Assembly (NCBI GenBank): GCA_963840455.1
Contig: CAWIYV010000011.1
Coordinates: forward strand, 608,001-672,000
Source of the DNA: Nitrospirota bacterium
GTDB taxonomy: Bacteria > Nitrospirota > UBA9217
DNA: 64,000 nt
Direction of reading: 5' to 3'
Shown: positions 1-10,300 of the stretch, in pieces
How positions within the stretch are numbered: position 1 is the stretch's first letter
How the letters are laid out: each line of letters starts with the position of its first letter
Translations under genes and position numbers: made by a program
The notes under the pieces: generated by a model
The model's input: the letters and a program-made list of their open reading frames with translations, nothing else
Database searches by the model: none
Told to the model about the DNA's origin: nothing

Positions 1-643
1 TGAGCGACGCCCCGGCTATGCATCCGGCATGAAGAGCAAGGTCGTTTTTTACTTCTTCCGGAAGCTCAGCTGTGGCTACGACATCGGATACGGCAAGACG
101 CCCGCCGGATTTGAGTACCCGGAAAGCGTCGTCGAACACCTTATGTTTTTCCGGAGAAAGGTTGATCACGCAATTCGATAAGATCACATCAATGCTCTTG
201 TCGGCCACCGGAAGGTGTTCAATCTCGCCGAGTCTGAACTCAACATTCTTGTAACCCGCTTTCATGGCGTTCTCTCTGGCTTTCGATACCATTTCGGGAG
301 TCATGTCCACGCCGATGACCTTGCCTGTTTCGCCGACGGCTCGAGCAGCAAGAAAGCAATCGAATCCGCCACCGCTCCCAAGATCAAGCACTGTCTCCCC
401 CCTTTGGAGGGAGGCAATTGCCTGCGGATTTCCGCACCCCAAGCCCATATTGGCCCCATCCGGAACTGCAGATACATCTTCATTTGAATAACCAAGCCGA
501 ACCGAAACCTCACCAGCTGCAGATGTGCTATCTGGGGAACAACACGAGGAAGTGGAGCAGCAACCGGAGTTTCCAGACTGTGCCACTTTGCCATAATTGA
601 ACCGTACGGCCTGTCGTATTTTGTCTTTTTTTACTGCGTCCAT
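1..643 (-). CDS. arsM: Arsenite S-adenosylmethionine methyltransferase (runs off left edge)
   Basis: Not in ORF track because no stop lies in the window. Read manually from ATG 643 with GGAGG RBS: [88 protein letters not shown]; ArsM motifs, inside an ars operon. Confidence 0.92.
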   Translation of the reverse strand, partial: MDAVKKDKIRQAVRFNYGKVAQSGNSGCCSTSSCCSPDSTSAAGEVSVRLGYSNEDVSAVPDGANMGLGCGNPQAIASLQRGETVLDLGSGGGFDCFLAARAVGETGKVIGVDMTPEMVSKARENAMKAGYKNVEFRLGEIEHLPVADKSIDVILSNCVINLSPEKHKVFDDAFRVLKSGGRLAVSDVVATAELPEEVKNDLALHAGCIAGASL

Positions 644-654
644 TCTCTGCCCTC

Positions 655-1344
655 CTACCAGTTTGTCACGCCAAGATACAGCCCCACGACCACGAGCAAT
701 GTGCCGCTGAACCGCTTCGAATAGAGGGAAAAGTTCTTGATGCCTTTTGAGCTGACGATGTTCTCCGTGAGGCCGATGGAAAGACCGGCAACAAAGATCA
801 GAGCGCAGTGACCGACAGCGTAGGCGAACAGAAGCGATCCGCCGTACAGGATATCGCCCTGGGTCGAGACATAGGCCAGGATCACCGCCAGCACCGGCGT
901 AGCACAGGGGGACGAAACAGTGCCGGTCAGAAGGCCGAGAATGAACGCGCCCCAGAGACCCCGGGACTTCACCTGACGCGTTTTCTGAAATGGAAGCGGG
1001 ATTTCGATCAGGCCCATGAGCTGGAGCCCCATGATAACGGCGATCAGGGCGAGGCCGACATAGAGCCACCGCCCGGCAAAGGAAAGGAAGGAGCCCATAG
1101 CAGACGCCGCAGCTCCCAGGACCGTGAAGGTAATGGACAAACCGAGGATGAAGACGAGCGAATAGGAGGCTGCTTTCTTCTTGTTCCCTTCCGAATATCC
1201 GCCCACGTACCCGATGATCAGCGGAATAGCCGCGAGCACGCAGGGACTTGCGGCGGAGATCAAGCCGCCGACAAACACGGCCAGAAACGCCAGGCTGTGA
1301 TTATTCTGGATGATCGTCTGTATATTTTCCAACAAGTACTGCAT
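655..1344 (-). CDS. ccdA: CcdA/DsbD-type transmembrane electron transfer protein
   Basis: Six-TM hydrophobic protein with SPCV and SSPCATPVL Cys motifs. Confidence 0.88.
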   Translation of the reverse strand: MQYLLENIQTIIQNNHSLAFLAVFVGGLISAASPCVLAAIPLIIGYVGGYSEGNKKKAASYSLVFILGLSITFTVLGAAASAMGSFLSFAGRWLYVGLALIAVIMGLQLMGLIEIPLPFQKTRQVKSRGLWGAFILGLLTGTVSSPCATPVLAVILAYVSTQGDILYGGSLLFAYAVGHCALIFVAGLSIGLTENIVSSKGIKNFSLYSKRFSGTLLVVVGLYLGVTNW

Positions 1345-1368
1345 CGAAATCTCTCTACGCGGTCCGCG

Positions 1369-1587
1369 CTACCCGTTTTTCAGCCCTGCCTTTGCCTTGT
1401 CCACGACCCGGCGGACATCAACCAGGCATCACCTGCCGAGCGGGTGGTTCGTGCCGCAGTTGCACCCTCCGCCCTTCTTCTCCGCAAGTATTCGCTCCAT
1501 GATCAGGGAGCGGTTCTTATTTTCGAGCACATCCCGCGTTATGTCCTCTTCCGAATACCCAAAGCAGTAGCAAATTTGGTTTTCCAT
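1369..1587 (-). CDS. Small Cys-rich Fe-S/metallochaperone-like protein (BFD/CopZ-NT-like), probable selenoprotein (in-frame UGA at 1429-1431)
   Basis: MENQICYCFGYSEEDITRDVLENKNRSLIMERILAEKKGGGCNCGTNHPLGR-U-CLVDVRRVVDKAKAGLKNG* (72 aa). TGA falls at the first Cys of the family NPxGxCC motif and a hairpin follows immediately. Confidence 0.75.
1393..1428 (-). promoter_or_regulatory. Putative bacterial SECIS element
   Basis: Directly 3' of UGA: UGCCU..GUCCGC-CGGGUC-GUGGAC-A-AGGCA forms a two-part stem with a G-containing apical loop. Confidence 0.6.
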
Positions 1588-1592
1588 GGCAA

Positions 1593-1994
1593 TTATATCC
1601 CCGTCTTTTTCAGCATGGCCGCGATTTCCTCATAAGGATAGAATCCAATGTGCCGGTGAAACTCTTTGCCGCTCTTGTCCAGAAAGACCTGCACCGGGAT
1701 CATGTACACACCGTATCTGCGAGCCGTCTGCTGGTCCTTCTTAACATCAATGAAGATTACGTCAAGCTTTCCCTTGTAGGTGTCGGACAGCTTTGCCATC
1801 ACCGGTTTCATCTGTTCACAGGGAATACAGCCCACAGAACCGAGTTCCAGCATCACGATCCTTCCTTCGGCCTTCGCCTTGTTCAGTGAATCATCGAGAC
1901 CGCCTGCATTGCTGCACGACGTGGAAAGCGTCAGGACCAGAACCGCCAGAATCATTATCCTCAACCTTGTCTTGCGTCCTCTTTTAACTTTCAT
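1593..1994 (-). CDS. Exported thioredoxin-family protein
   Basis: N-terminal hydrophobic signal with possible lipobox Cys, GCIPCEQM CxxC, cis-Pro IPVQVF. Confidence 0.85.
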   Translation of the reverse strand: MKVKRGRKTRLRIMILAVLVLTLSTSCSNAGGLDDSLNKAKAEGRIVMLELGSVGCIPCEQMKPVMAKLSDTYKGKLDVIFIDVKKDQQTARRYGVYMIPVQVFLDKSGKEFHRHIGFYPYEEIAAMLKKTGI

Positions 1995-2009
1995 TTCCGA
2001 TCCATTTCT

Positions 2010-2084
2010 TTATTTCACCCGCTCGACGATGGCTGTCAATCCCCTGCATTTCGGGCACCCGGAACCGAGGATCTCGATCTTCAT
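2010..2084 (-). pseudogene. Truncated small redox-active disulfide protein (MTH895-like) remnant
   Basis: MKIEILGSGCPKCRGLTAIVERVK* (24 aa), paralog of the N-terminus of 3715..3957; TGATG-coupled to the upstream arsD remnant. Confidence 0.65.
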
Positions 2085-2209
2085 CAAGCCATGGCCTTTC
2101 TGAGCGTTTTTGATATCCCCGCGGTCCTCACCTGGCCGTTCCTGCAGATCGCCGGGCCGCAAAGCCCGGACGAGCAGCACATGGCTGGATCATAAATTTC
2201 GATTTTCAT
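2084..2209 (-). pseudogene. arsD: Truncated arsenic metallochaperone ArsD remnant
   Basis: MKIEIYDPAMCCSSGLCGP matches the ArsD N-terminal DPAMCCSTGVCG motif, then loses similarity and stops at 41 aa. Confidence 0.75.
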
Positions 2210-2231
2210 AAATGCTTTTTTTCCTTTCATG

Positions 2232-3311
2232 TTAAAGAGATGCTGAACCTTTTACCCGGCAATACTCAACAGAAAAGTATCTTTTCTGAAAATACCGAGC
2301 GACATTGACCAGACCGATCAATACCGGCACCTCCACCAGCGGACCGATGACGGCGGCGAAAGCTGCACCCGAATTGATCCCGAACACGGCAACTGCGACG
2401 GCTATAGCAAGTTCAAAATTATTGCTCGCAGCGGTAAAGGAGAGCGTCGCGGTTTTCGGATAGTCAGCGCCGATCTTCTTCCCGAGATAGAACGACACCA
2501 GGAACATGACCACGAAGTAGATCAAGAGCGGCACAGCAATGCGTAGCACATCAAGGGGTAGTTTGACGATATAGTTGCCCTTGAGCGAGAACATGACGAT
2601 GATGGTGAACAGGAGCGAGATAAGCGTTATCGGGCTGATCTTCGGGATGAAGACGGTCTCATACCATTGGCGGTCTTTCAGCTTGATAAGCGTAAAGCGG
2701 GTCAGTATCCCGGCGATGAACGGAATGCCAAGATAGATGAAGACGCTCTCCGCGATCTGGCCGATCGTTATATTGACCACAACGCCCTTAAGCCCGAACC
2801 AGCCTGGAAGGACAGTGATAAAGATATAAGCATACACGGAAAAGAAAAGGACCTGAAAAATAGAATTGAATGCAACTAGACCGGCTGCATACTCGGTGTC
2901 TCCGCAGGCAAGGTCGTTCCAGACGATCACCATGGCAATGCAGCGGGCAAGGCCAATCATGATTAGGCCGACCATGTATTCGGGATACGACCGGAGGAAG
3001 ATGATAGCAAGAGCGAACATCAGAATCGGACCGATTACCCAGTTCTGCACCAGAGAGAGGCCCAGTATCTTCTTGTTCCGGAAGACCTCACCAAGTTCTT
3101 CATACTTGACCTTAGCCAGCGGCGGGTACATCATGAGGATAAGGCCGATCGCTATAGGGATATTGGTCGTGCCGACCTGAAAGCTGTTGATAAAGGCTTC
3201 CGTGCCCTGGATGAAGTACCCGAGACCCACCCCGAGGGCCATAGCCGCGAAAATCCAGAGTGTAAGAAAGCGGTCTACAAAAGAAAGCTTTTTCTCCGAA
3301 GTTTCACCCAT
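2232..3311 (-). CDS. acr3: ACR3-family arsenite efflux transporter
   Basis: [43 protein letters not shown] and GPLVEVP signature motifs. Confidence 0.96.
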   Translation of the reverse strand: MGETSEKKLSFVDRFLTLWIFAAMALGVGLGYFIQGTEAFINSFQVGTTNIPIAIGLILMMYPPLAKVKYEELGEVFRNKKILGLSLVQNWVIGPILMFALAIIFLRSYPEYMVGLIMIGLARCIAMVIVWNDLACGDTEYAAGLVAFNSIFQVLFFSVYAYIFITVLPGWFGLKGVVVNITIGQIAESVFIYLGIPFIAGILTRFTLIKLKDRQWYETVFIPKISPITLISLLFTIIVMFSLKGNYIVKLPLDVLRIAVPLLIYFVVMFLVSFYLGKKIGADYPKTATLSFTAASNNFELAIAVAVAVFGINSGAAFAAVIGPLVEVPVLIGLVNVARYFQKRYFSVEYCRVKGSASL

Positions 3312-3330
3312 TGTTTTCTCCCCCTTTTCT

Positions 3331-3711
3331 TCAACCGCAGCAGCGGACCTTGCTCTTCAGCGACACGACCTTTCCGCCTTGTTCTTTCCTGTTAAGAAAA
3401 GAATCAAGACGCTTCCTGTCGCCTGACATCGTACCGCCCTGCATCCGCTCACAAGCGGAGAGGATCAGCATCCTCCGGAACAGGTCTTTTTCGTTCAGGC
3501 TGTAATGGATCCATTTCCCCTGTTTGCGGTCCTTGATGAGCCCCGCTTCCTTGAGCGCACTGAGATGAAAAGACACCTTCGGCTGCACCATGTCCAGCGC
3601 GGCCGTGATGTCGCACACGCACAGTTCGCCCTGCTCCAGCAGCTTTACGACCCGGAGTCTGGTTTCGTCGGAAAGCGCCTTGAATATCGTCACGAGTTCG
3701 TTCATGTCCAC
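3331..3711 (-). CDS. arsR: ArsR/SmtB-family repressor
   Basis: [31 protein letters not shown]; C-terminal CC pair. Confidence 0.93.
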   Translation of the reverse strand: MDMNELVTIFKALSDETRLRVVKLLEQGELCVCDITAALDMVQPKVSFHLSALKEAGLIKDRKQGKWIHYSLNEKDLFRRMLILSACERMQGGTMSGDRKRLDSFLNRKEQGGKVVSLKSKVRCCG

Positions 3712-3714
3712 CCC

Positions 3715-3957
3715 CTACGCTTCACCTTTGATCAGTTCCTTCACCTTCTCCAGGCTTGGGAGCGGCTTTCCCGAATGCTTGATCTTGCCGTTCACGATAA
3801 GCCCCGGTGTGGATAGAATGCCGTGCATAGCGATCTGGCCAATGTCGGTGATCTTCTCTATTTTTGCCTCGATACCAAGTTCTTTCACAGCTGTTTTCGC
3901 CAGTTCCTCCATCTTGAAGCAATTTGAACAGCCTGGACCAAGTACCTTGATTTCCAT
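3715..3957 (-). CDS. Small redox-active disulfide protein (thioredoxin-like, MTH895 type)
   Basis: MEIKVLGPGCSNC...GILSTPGLIVNGK. Confidence 0.88.
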   Translation of the reverse strand: MEIKVLGPGCSNCFKMEELAKTAVKELGIEAKIEKITDIGQIAMHGILSTPGLIVNGKIKHSGKPLPSLEKVKELIKGEA

Positions 3958-3971
3958 TGTTCTCCCTCCTC

Positions 3972-4323
3972 TTAAACCCTCTTGAACTTTAATTGTAGTG
4001 CTGGTATTCGCGAAACTGTATGCGGAGGCTGCAGCTTGAATTCATGGGCAGCTGCAACGAGTCCGGCCCTGACGATCAAATCAGCGGGAATCGCTTCATG
4101 GGTCTCGTCGGCATATACAACGGTTCTGCATTTCGCTTCGCCGCACGTTTCACAGCATTTGCTCTGACCGGTTTTCGCGCCAAGCCATTCTTCCATGAGC
4201 TTTCCAGCGATCAGGATCTTGTTGGACGGCCTTTTCAACTTCCTGCTCCGTAGTACCGCACCGAGGACAGGTCTGTTTCTGCTCATCAAGCAGCCGTTGC
4301 CATTCAACAACAAGCGTCTTCAT
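3972..4323 (-). pseudogene. DUF2703-family Cys-rich protein, internally deleted and frameshifted
   Basis: ATG 4323 gives MKTLVVEWQRLLDEQKQTCPRCGTTE..; C-terminal half SNKILIAGKLMEEWLGAKTGQSKCCETCG..CRTV..EAIPADLIVRAG lies in another frame; junction near 4220-4230. Confidence 0.7.
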
Positions 4324-4336
4324 CCCTGCTTGCCTC

Positions 4337-5293
4337 CTACAGAATTGCGTTAAACAGGTAGCCTACCCCGACGATCGTGACGGTCATGATCCCCACGAAC
4401 ACGGCAAGGAGCTTGATCTTTAACACTTTCCGAAGAATGATCATTTCAGGAAGCGATAGAGCCGTTACAGCCATCATGAACGCAAGCACGGTCCCCATAC
4501 TCATCCCCTTCTCCATAAGAGCATAGACGATGGGAATGACTCCGGCTGCATTGGAGTAGAGCGGGACGCCGATCATGACCGCAAGCGGCACAGCAAAAGG
4601 ATTACCGTTGCCTGCATATTTCACGAGGAAATCATCTGGCGCATACCCATGGATAAACCCACCGATGCCTATCGCGATGATGACATAGAGCCACACCTTT
4701 TGGAGGATCTCGGCGGTGTTCATCCGGGCATAAACAAGGCGGTCCTTAAAAGACTGCTTGACCGAGTTGATGGCCATGCCCATTGACTGTATTTTATAGA
4801 CGTATTCCTCGACCCAACTTTCGAGTTTAAGCCTACCGATAATATACCCTGCTACAATGGCCACCGACAGCCCGGCGCTCATGTAGATCACTGCGACCTT
4901 CCAGCCGAACAGGCCCCAGAGAAGCACAACGGCGACCTCGTTCACCATGGGAGATGAGATCAGGAAGGAGAATGTAACTCCGAGCGGTACTCCGGCCTCG
5001 ACGAAGCCGATAAAGAGTGGCACTGCAGAGCACGAGCAGAACGGAGTAACAATTCCCAGGAGCGCAGCGAGAATATTGCCTATAAATTCTCGTTTATGGG
5101 ACAGGATTCGCTTGGTACGTTCAGGCGAGAAGTAGGACCGGATGACGGATACGGCGAAAATAATGACGGAAAGCAGCAGAAATATCTTTATAGTGTCATA
5201 AATGAAGAATTCCAGGGCTCCCGACAACCGTGCGCCCCGCGACATCCCAAAGAGGTCATACACTAGATAATCAGCCAAGACCTTTAGCATCAC
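4337..5293 (-). CDS. DUF318/ArsP-family permease
   Basis: TPFCSCSAVPLF, FLISSPMVNE, GVPLYSNAAG and ALSLPE motifs. Confidence 0.9.
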   Translation of the reverse strand: MMLKVLADYLVYDLFGMSRGARLSGALEFFIYDTIKIFLLLSVIIFAVSVIRSYFSPERTKRILSHKREFIGNILAALLGIVTPFCSCSAVPLFIGFVEAGVPLGVTFSFLISSPMVNEVAVVLLWGLFGWKVAVIYMSAGLSVAIVAGYIIGRLKLESWVEEYVYKIQSMGMAINSVKQSFKDRLVYARMNTAEILQKVWLYVIIAIGIGGFIHGYAPDDFLVKYAGNGNPFAVPLAVMIGVPLYSNAAGVIPIVYALMEKGMSMGTVLAFMMAVTALSLPEMIILRKVLKIKLLAVFVGIMTVTIVGVGYLFNAIL

Positions 5294-5300
5294 TTCACCT

Positions 5301-5348
5301 CATATAAAATATTTTTTATATGTTAGCGAAGCGGTGCGGTTTTGTCAA
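5301..5348 (-). promoter_or_regulatory. Sigma70 promoter with overlapping ArsR-type operator for the ars operon
   Basis: TTGACA (5343-5348), 17 bp, TAACAT (5320-5325); perfect 9-4-9 palindrome CATATAAAA-TATT-TTTTATATG at 5301-5322. Confidence 0.75.
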
Positions 5349-5399
5349 GTTCTTATTTGTCGGACCGTCTGAAGTTGGGGTGATAATTGCACTATGAGC

Positions 5400-5850
5400 T
5401 ATTGTGGTCTACGTGCAGACTACAGGAAGATGATCGCGCTGTAATTATCGATTCGCATTCCACACTAAAGCCAAGAGCGATGATGTTGTGGCCATGGCAC
5501 TGGCCCATCTCATCCTTGGGACAAGGACCGCGCGGCGGCCCCTCCCCTCCGGTCCAAAATAGCAGCCTTTCTTCAGCCAGCCGAAGTCGCCACCGGGGGT
5601 CAAGTTGAGGGGAGGGACGCCAATAGGCATCTGTGAATCCGGGGTCAAGACATGGTAGGTTCTCTGGACCGGCTCGTTATGGCAGATCAGGCAGGTCGAG
5701 CGAGTATCAGAATCCTGCAGAAGGTTAGCGGCCTTTGCGCCGTGAATCTGGTGGCGCCCATACAATCGCCCACACCGCCGCTATGGAACGCGAAGCTGGT
5801 GGCGTTGGGGCCGAAAATTACAGTAGTTGCAACGACGCTGGCTTGTCGAG
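5400..5850 (-). pseudogene. OmcS-like multiheme cytochrome c remnant (frameshifted, 3' truncated; bounds approximate)
   Basis: Across frames: ..SFA-FHSGGVGDCMG(fs)HQIH..LLQ..STCLICH..YHV.T....MP.G.PPL.LTPGGDFGWLKK..(fs)..GHNIIA; parallels the OmcS N-terminus as recalled. Confidence 0.75.
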
Positions 5851-5918
5851 AATCTCTGGTTCGAGATCGAGTTGAACACCAACACCATCAGGAATTGCCA
5901 GGGTATTTCGCTTTGATC

Positions 5919-6644
5919 TTAGGAAGAGGTTCTGTAAAGTCCTTCCTTCAGAAGGTTAAACTCGTAGAATCCTCTGATGCGACCAAGAATCTCGAGAGTG
6001 TGTTCGGGATAATTGGATATGCGTCTTTTGTCTCTGGCATATGTGTCTCCCATGAAGTACATTCTCAGGGCATACTTGATGTCCTGAGGGGACTTCTTGA
6101 TGTAGCGTTGCAGATAAAAGATGCTGGCTTTGATGTTTGGTTCGATTTCGTAAACGTCTTCAAGTGTTCTCCAGATGCCGGCCTCTATCAGCTCGTTCGT
6201 ATTGACCTTATAGTTGATACCACAGAGTCCGCCGGCAAGGCCATTATCTGCATCGGGCTCAAAGTTGCTTTCCTTCCGCATAATTGCATAAAGCAGGAAG
6301 CGAATCTCCAGGTCTTTGGTTAGGCGGACGATCTGCCTGATATTGACTGGGTCAACCCGAGGATTGTGAAGCCGAGCGTAGGCAAGAAGAATCTTGAATT
6401 CGATATCTTCTTTCCGCATGCTAATCATCTTCTCTGGAGTGTATGCAGCCGGCTGTGTCAGCTTCACACTATCAGGAACTACTGCTTGAGCTGACCTAGA
6501 TGAGGTGATTGCAACCCCGATGAAGATACCAATGGCGATTAGGGTGGTGATGATACCAAGGAAAAATGAGACTTTCTTGATGTGCTTCAGGAGGTTTTCG
6601 GTTTCTATTGTGTAACGTCTGAGGGTAATCATTTTGACTCCCAA
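5919..6644 (-). CDS. Membrane-anchored lytic transglycosylase (SLT domain)
   Basis: N-terminal TM; LYAIMRKESNF..A.GL..IN and NIKASIFYL SLT motifs; ATG start probably 6632. Confidence 0.7.
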   Translation of the reverse strand: MGVKMITLRRYTIETENLLKHIKKVSFFLGIITTLIAIGIFIGVAITSSRSAQAVVPDSVKLTQPAAYTPEKMISMRKEDIEFKILLAYARLHNPRVDPVNIRQIVRLTKDLEIRFLLYAIMRKESNFEPDADNGLAGGLCGINYKVNTNELIEAGIWRTLEDVYEIEPNIKASIFYLQRYIKKSPQDIKYALRMYFMGDTYARDKRRISNYPEHTLEILGRIRGFYEFNLLKEGLYRTSS

Positions 6645-7333
6645 TACCTTTTTGTCTACTGACGAAAATAGCCCTAATGTTAAAGTCTGACTCGGCTTTG
6701 TTCTTAGGGCTCGCGGGTATGTGGTGGTACCTTAGTACTAAATATAATTTAGTTAACAAGCTTCTTTTCCTGTTCATCCCAGATGAACACGTAAAGTAGG
6801 CTTGGGTTTTGGTACTCTGTCGGGGTATGGTCTCCTTGTCCAATCTCAACCAGCGCGACTTCTTCGCTGAGGCTCGGGTCATCCATAGGGTGTTGATCTT
6901 GGTCACCCCGATAAACCAAATTAATTGTTTTTACAGTACTCCAAAAGTAGTAAAACTTAAGTTAGATAATTGCAATTTTATCGCCAGTGTTGTAATTATC
7001 ATCATTTCAACTATTTAGTACAATGTGCTGGTTAGAGGGGGATAGAAGGGATGGGTTAATTGCCGACACGGAGGGGTGGAATTACCATATTGACGTTATC
7101 TCGAAAGAGAATTTTCAGTTTCCAGGAGGTTAAATTTCAACGAGTACAGTAAAAATAGTTTTGTTTGATGCTATATTAAAAAGTGGAAATATCTGGGTAA
7201 CAAACCTGCCATTATTAATTCACACTAAATCTGCCTAAGACGCTATCATGCTTGTTTTAGGCAACCCCGAAGGCAGTCCAAGCAAAAAGTCCAATTCCCA
7301 ACCTGGTACAATAATCGGGGGGCGGGTCAACAG

Positions 7334-7360
7334 AAAGGGCCGGATCTCTCCGGCCCTTTT
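7334..7360. terminator. Rho-independent terminator after the Kelch gene
   Basis: AAAGGGCCGGA-TCTC-TCCGGCCCTTT perfect stem, 18 bp past the stop. Confidence 0.75.
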
Positions 7361-7377
7361 GTCAAACGAACTAGGCT

Positions 7378-10300
7378 CTACCAGTAAATTTCGGCGGTTG
7401 TGGTTGGTGCAGAGGTGGAAAATCCGCCCACAAGCAGCAGCTTGCCATTCGATAGCAGCGTGGCGGTATGTGCTGCGCGTGCAGTGGCAAGGCTCGGCGC
7501 CGCTGACCAAGTGCCTTCCGCCGGATCATAGAGTTCAGCGAGAACACTGCCGACACCGCTGATATTACCGCCGGCTACCAGTACCTTGCCATTGGGCAAC
7601 AACGTGGCAGTATGCTGATTTCGCACGCTGGCGAGACTCCCTGTCGCTGACCATGTGCCAGATGCCGGATCATAAAGCTCGGCACTGCTGCCGCCGAAAC
7701 CGCTCGCAACAAGCACATTGCCATCAGGCAGAAGCGTGGCAGTGTGATCATAGGTCGGAGCTATAAGACTGCCCGTTGGCGACCATGTGTTGGTGGCTGG
7801 ATCATACAGTTCAGCAGTGCCAAGATGGCCGCCAATCGTATCTCGTCCTGCCGCTATCAGCACTTTTCCGCTGGCGAGCAGCGTTGCAGTATGGCCTAAA
7901 CGCGCATTAGCAAGGCTCGGCGCTGCAGTCCAGATTCCCGTTACCGGATCGTAGAGCTCTGCGCTGGCAAGCGCTGCCGCACCATCCCATCCACCTGCCA
8001 CCAGTATCTTGCCGTTAGGCAGCAGCGTGGCAGTATGACCATTGCGCGCCGTAGCGAGACCGCCTGTCGCAGACCATGTACCAGCGACGGGATCATACAA
8101 CTCGACACTGTCAATCGCTGCAATGCCGCTCCAACCTCCTGCAACCAGAACTTTGCCGTTCGACATCACCGTAGAGCTCTGATATTCACGGGGAGTGGCC
8201 AGATTGCCCGTCGTTGACCAGAGCCCGGTCGACACGTCGTACAGCTCGGCAATGGCAAGAGCAATCACCCCGTTCGACCCACCCGTTACCAGCACTTTGC
8301 CGTTCTGCAGCAGAGAAGCGGCGTGGGAATAGCGCGCATCTGCGAGACTGGAGGTCGCCGACCATCTGCCGGCATCCGGATCATACAACTCGGCACTGGC
8401 CAGAACCGGCGGACCGTAGCCACCCACTAGCAATACTCTACCATTGGGTAGCAGCGTGCCTGTATGGGTGTGGCGAGCGGTAAAGAGATTCTGCGCTGCA
8501 GTCCAGGTGTTGGCGGCTGGATCATACAGCTCGACGTTATCCTTCGAGACGGGACCATTCAATCCTCCCGTCGTCAGCACCTTGCCATTAGGCAAGAGTG
8601 TCGCCGTCATGTTGTAGCGTGCAGTGATGAGACTCGCTGCATAGGCCCAGGTATTGGTGGAGGGATCGTACAATTCGACGCTGGCCGTACCGCTGCCGCC
8701 AGTATGCCCACCCATCACCATCACTTTGCCATTGGGCAACAGCTTTTCGGCGTGGTACATTCGCCCTGAATTGAGACTCGCTGCCGCAGTCCAATTTCCC
8801 GTCGCCGGATCGTAGAGCTCTGCAGTGCCAAGCGTTGACGAACCATCATATCCGCCCGTCACCAGTATCTTGCCGCTGGGCAGCAAGGTGGCTGCGTGAT
8901 AGTAGCGCGCAGTAATGAGGCCCGTTGCAGAGGACCAGGTATTGGTGTCTGGATCGTACAGGTCGGCATTGGCAAAGGCTGTCGCACCATTCGTTCCACC
9001 CACCACCAAGACTTTACCGTTGGGCAACCGGAGACCGGTTGCCAGGTAGCGCGCCGCAGAGAGAGAGCCTGCCGAAGACCAGGTGTTGCTGGCAGGATCG
9101 TACAACTCGGCGCTGGCCAGAAAAGTCGCACCCACACCATACCCCCCTGCGACCAGCACTTTGCCATTTTGCAGCAACGTAGCGGTATGCGTCGAGCGCG
9201 CAGTAGTGAGACTCGCTGCTGCGGTCCAGGTATTGGTAGCTGGATCGTATATTTCGACACTGGCCAAAGCACTGCCAGAAAGCCCCCCAACCACCAGCAC
9301 CTTGCCATTGAGCATCAGCGTGGCAGTCTGAGAGTAGCGCGCCGCAGCAAGGCTGGCCGCGTTAAGGATCCCACCACGCGGCAGCGGTCCGCAGATCACT
9401 TTGAGAGCTGCAACGTTCTCATTATGCACGGTACTCGCACCGTAGGTCTGGGTACATGTCTGGTTCGCCGGCGAAGAAACAATGGAAAGGTCATAGGCAG
9501 CGCCGTTATTCAACTTTGCCGGGAAGGTGAACGGTCCATCGGCGAATAGAGTGATGGTGTCCGCGCCATTGTTGGCCAGCGTGATGCTGTTACCGGCCGC
9601 CAAACCGGTCAACGTGCCGCCGATACCGGCTGTGACGGTCAGCGTCGCGGTATTAGATGTTCTTCCGCTCAACGATGCCGAAATAGAGCTTGTGCCTAGG
9701 GTCAGACCTGTGGCGATGCCGCTGGCATTGACCGTGGCCACAAGGGAATTGCTGGAGTTCCAGGTGACCGATCCGGAAATGTCACCGAAGGTGCCGTCTG
9801 AATAGGATCCGGTGGCGGTGAACGTGGTCGTTGTGCCTTTTGCGATTGACGCAGAGGCAGGCGTTATAGCGATGCTGTTCAAGGCAGCTGCAGTGACAGT
9901 GATGTTGACTGCAGGCGAAGTAACGCTGTTCATTGAAGCCGTGATGGTGGCCGTTCCCACGACTATACCCGAAACGACGCCCGTGGCACTCCCGACACTG
10001 GCGGTGGCAGGATCTATCGAGGTCCACATGACCGCAGTGGTGATGTCAGCCGTGGTCCCATTCGAGTAGATTCCGGTGGCCGTAAGGCTGCCTGTCATCC
10101 CTTTGGCGATCGTAGCGGAGCCAGGTGTAACAGCGATGTTGGTCAGGGTTACCGGAACAGGGATCCGGTCGCAAATGTAATTGCTGGAAGTTACCTCTGT
10201 GGAATCCAGAACCGTGTCCCCACTGGTATCCAGGCCCACGCTGATCTTTACGCCGCCGTTTGAACAGTTCGTTCCCACAGATTCGGTCGTAACCGATACC

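Noticed and set aside
808-1635. 275-aa + strand ORF and other long antisense ORFs (e.g. 5652-6323, 11078-12146, 28680-29648, 59806-60714)
   Set aside because: They overlap well-supported minus-strand genes and are shadow frames.
7066-7095. GGAGGGGTGGAATT as a seventh att core
   Set aside because: Needs two gaps and lacks the hairpin, IHF-like site and TACCCC arms; too weak.
7378-9400. Kelch DNA repeats as a diversity-generating or repeat-array element
   Set aside because: Explained by protein-level repeats, with no reverse transcriptase or near-identical template repeat.
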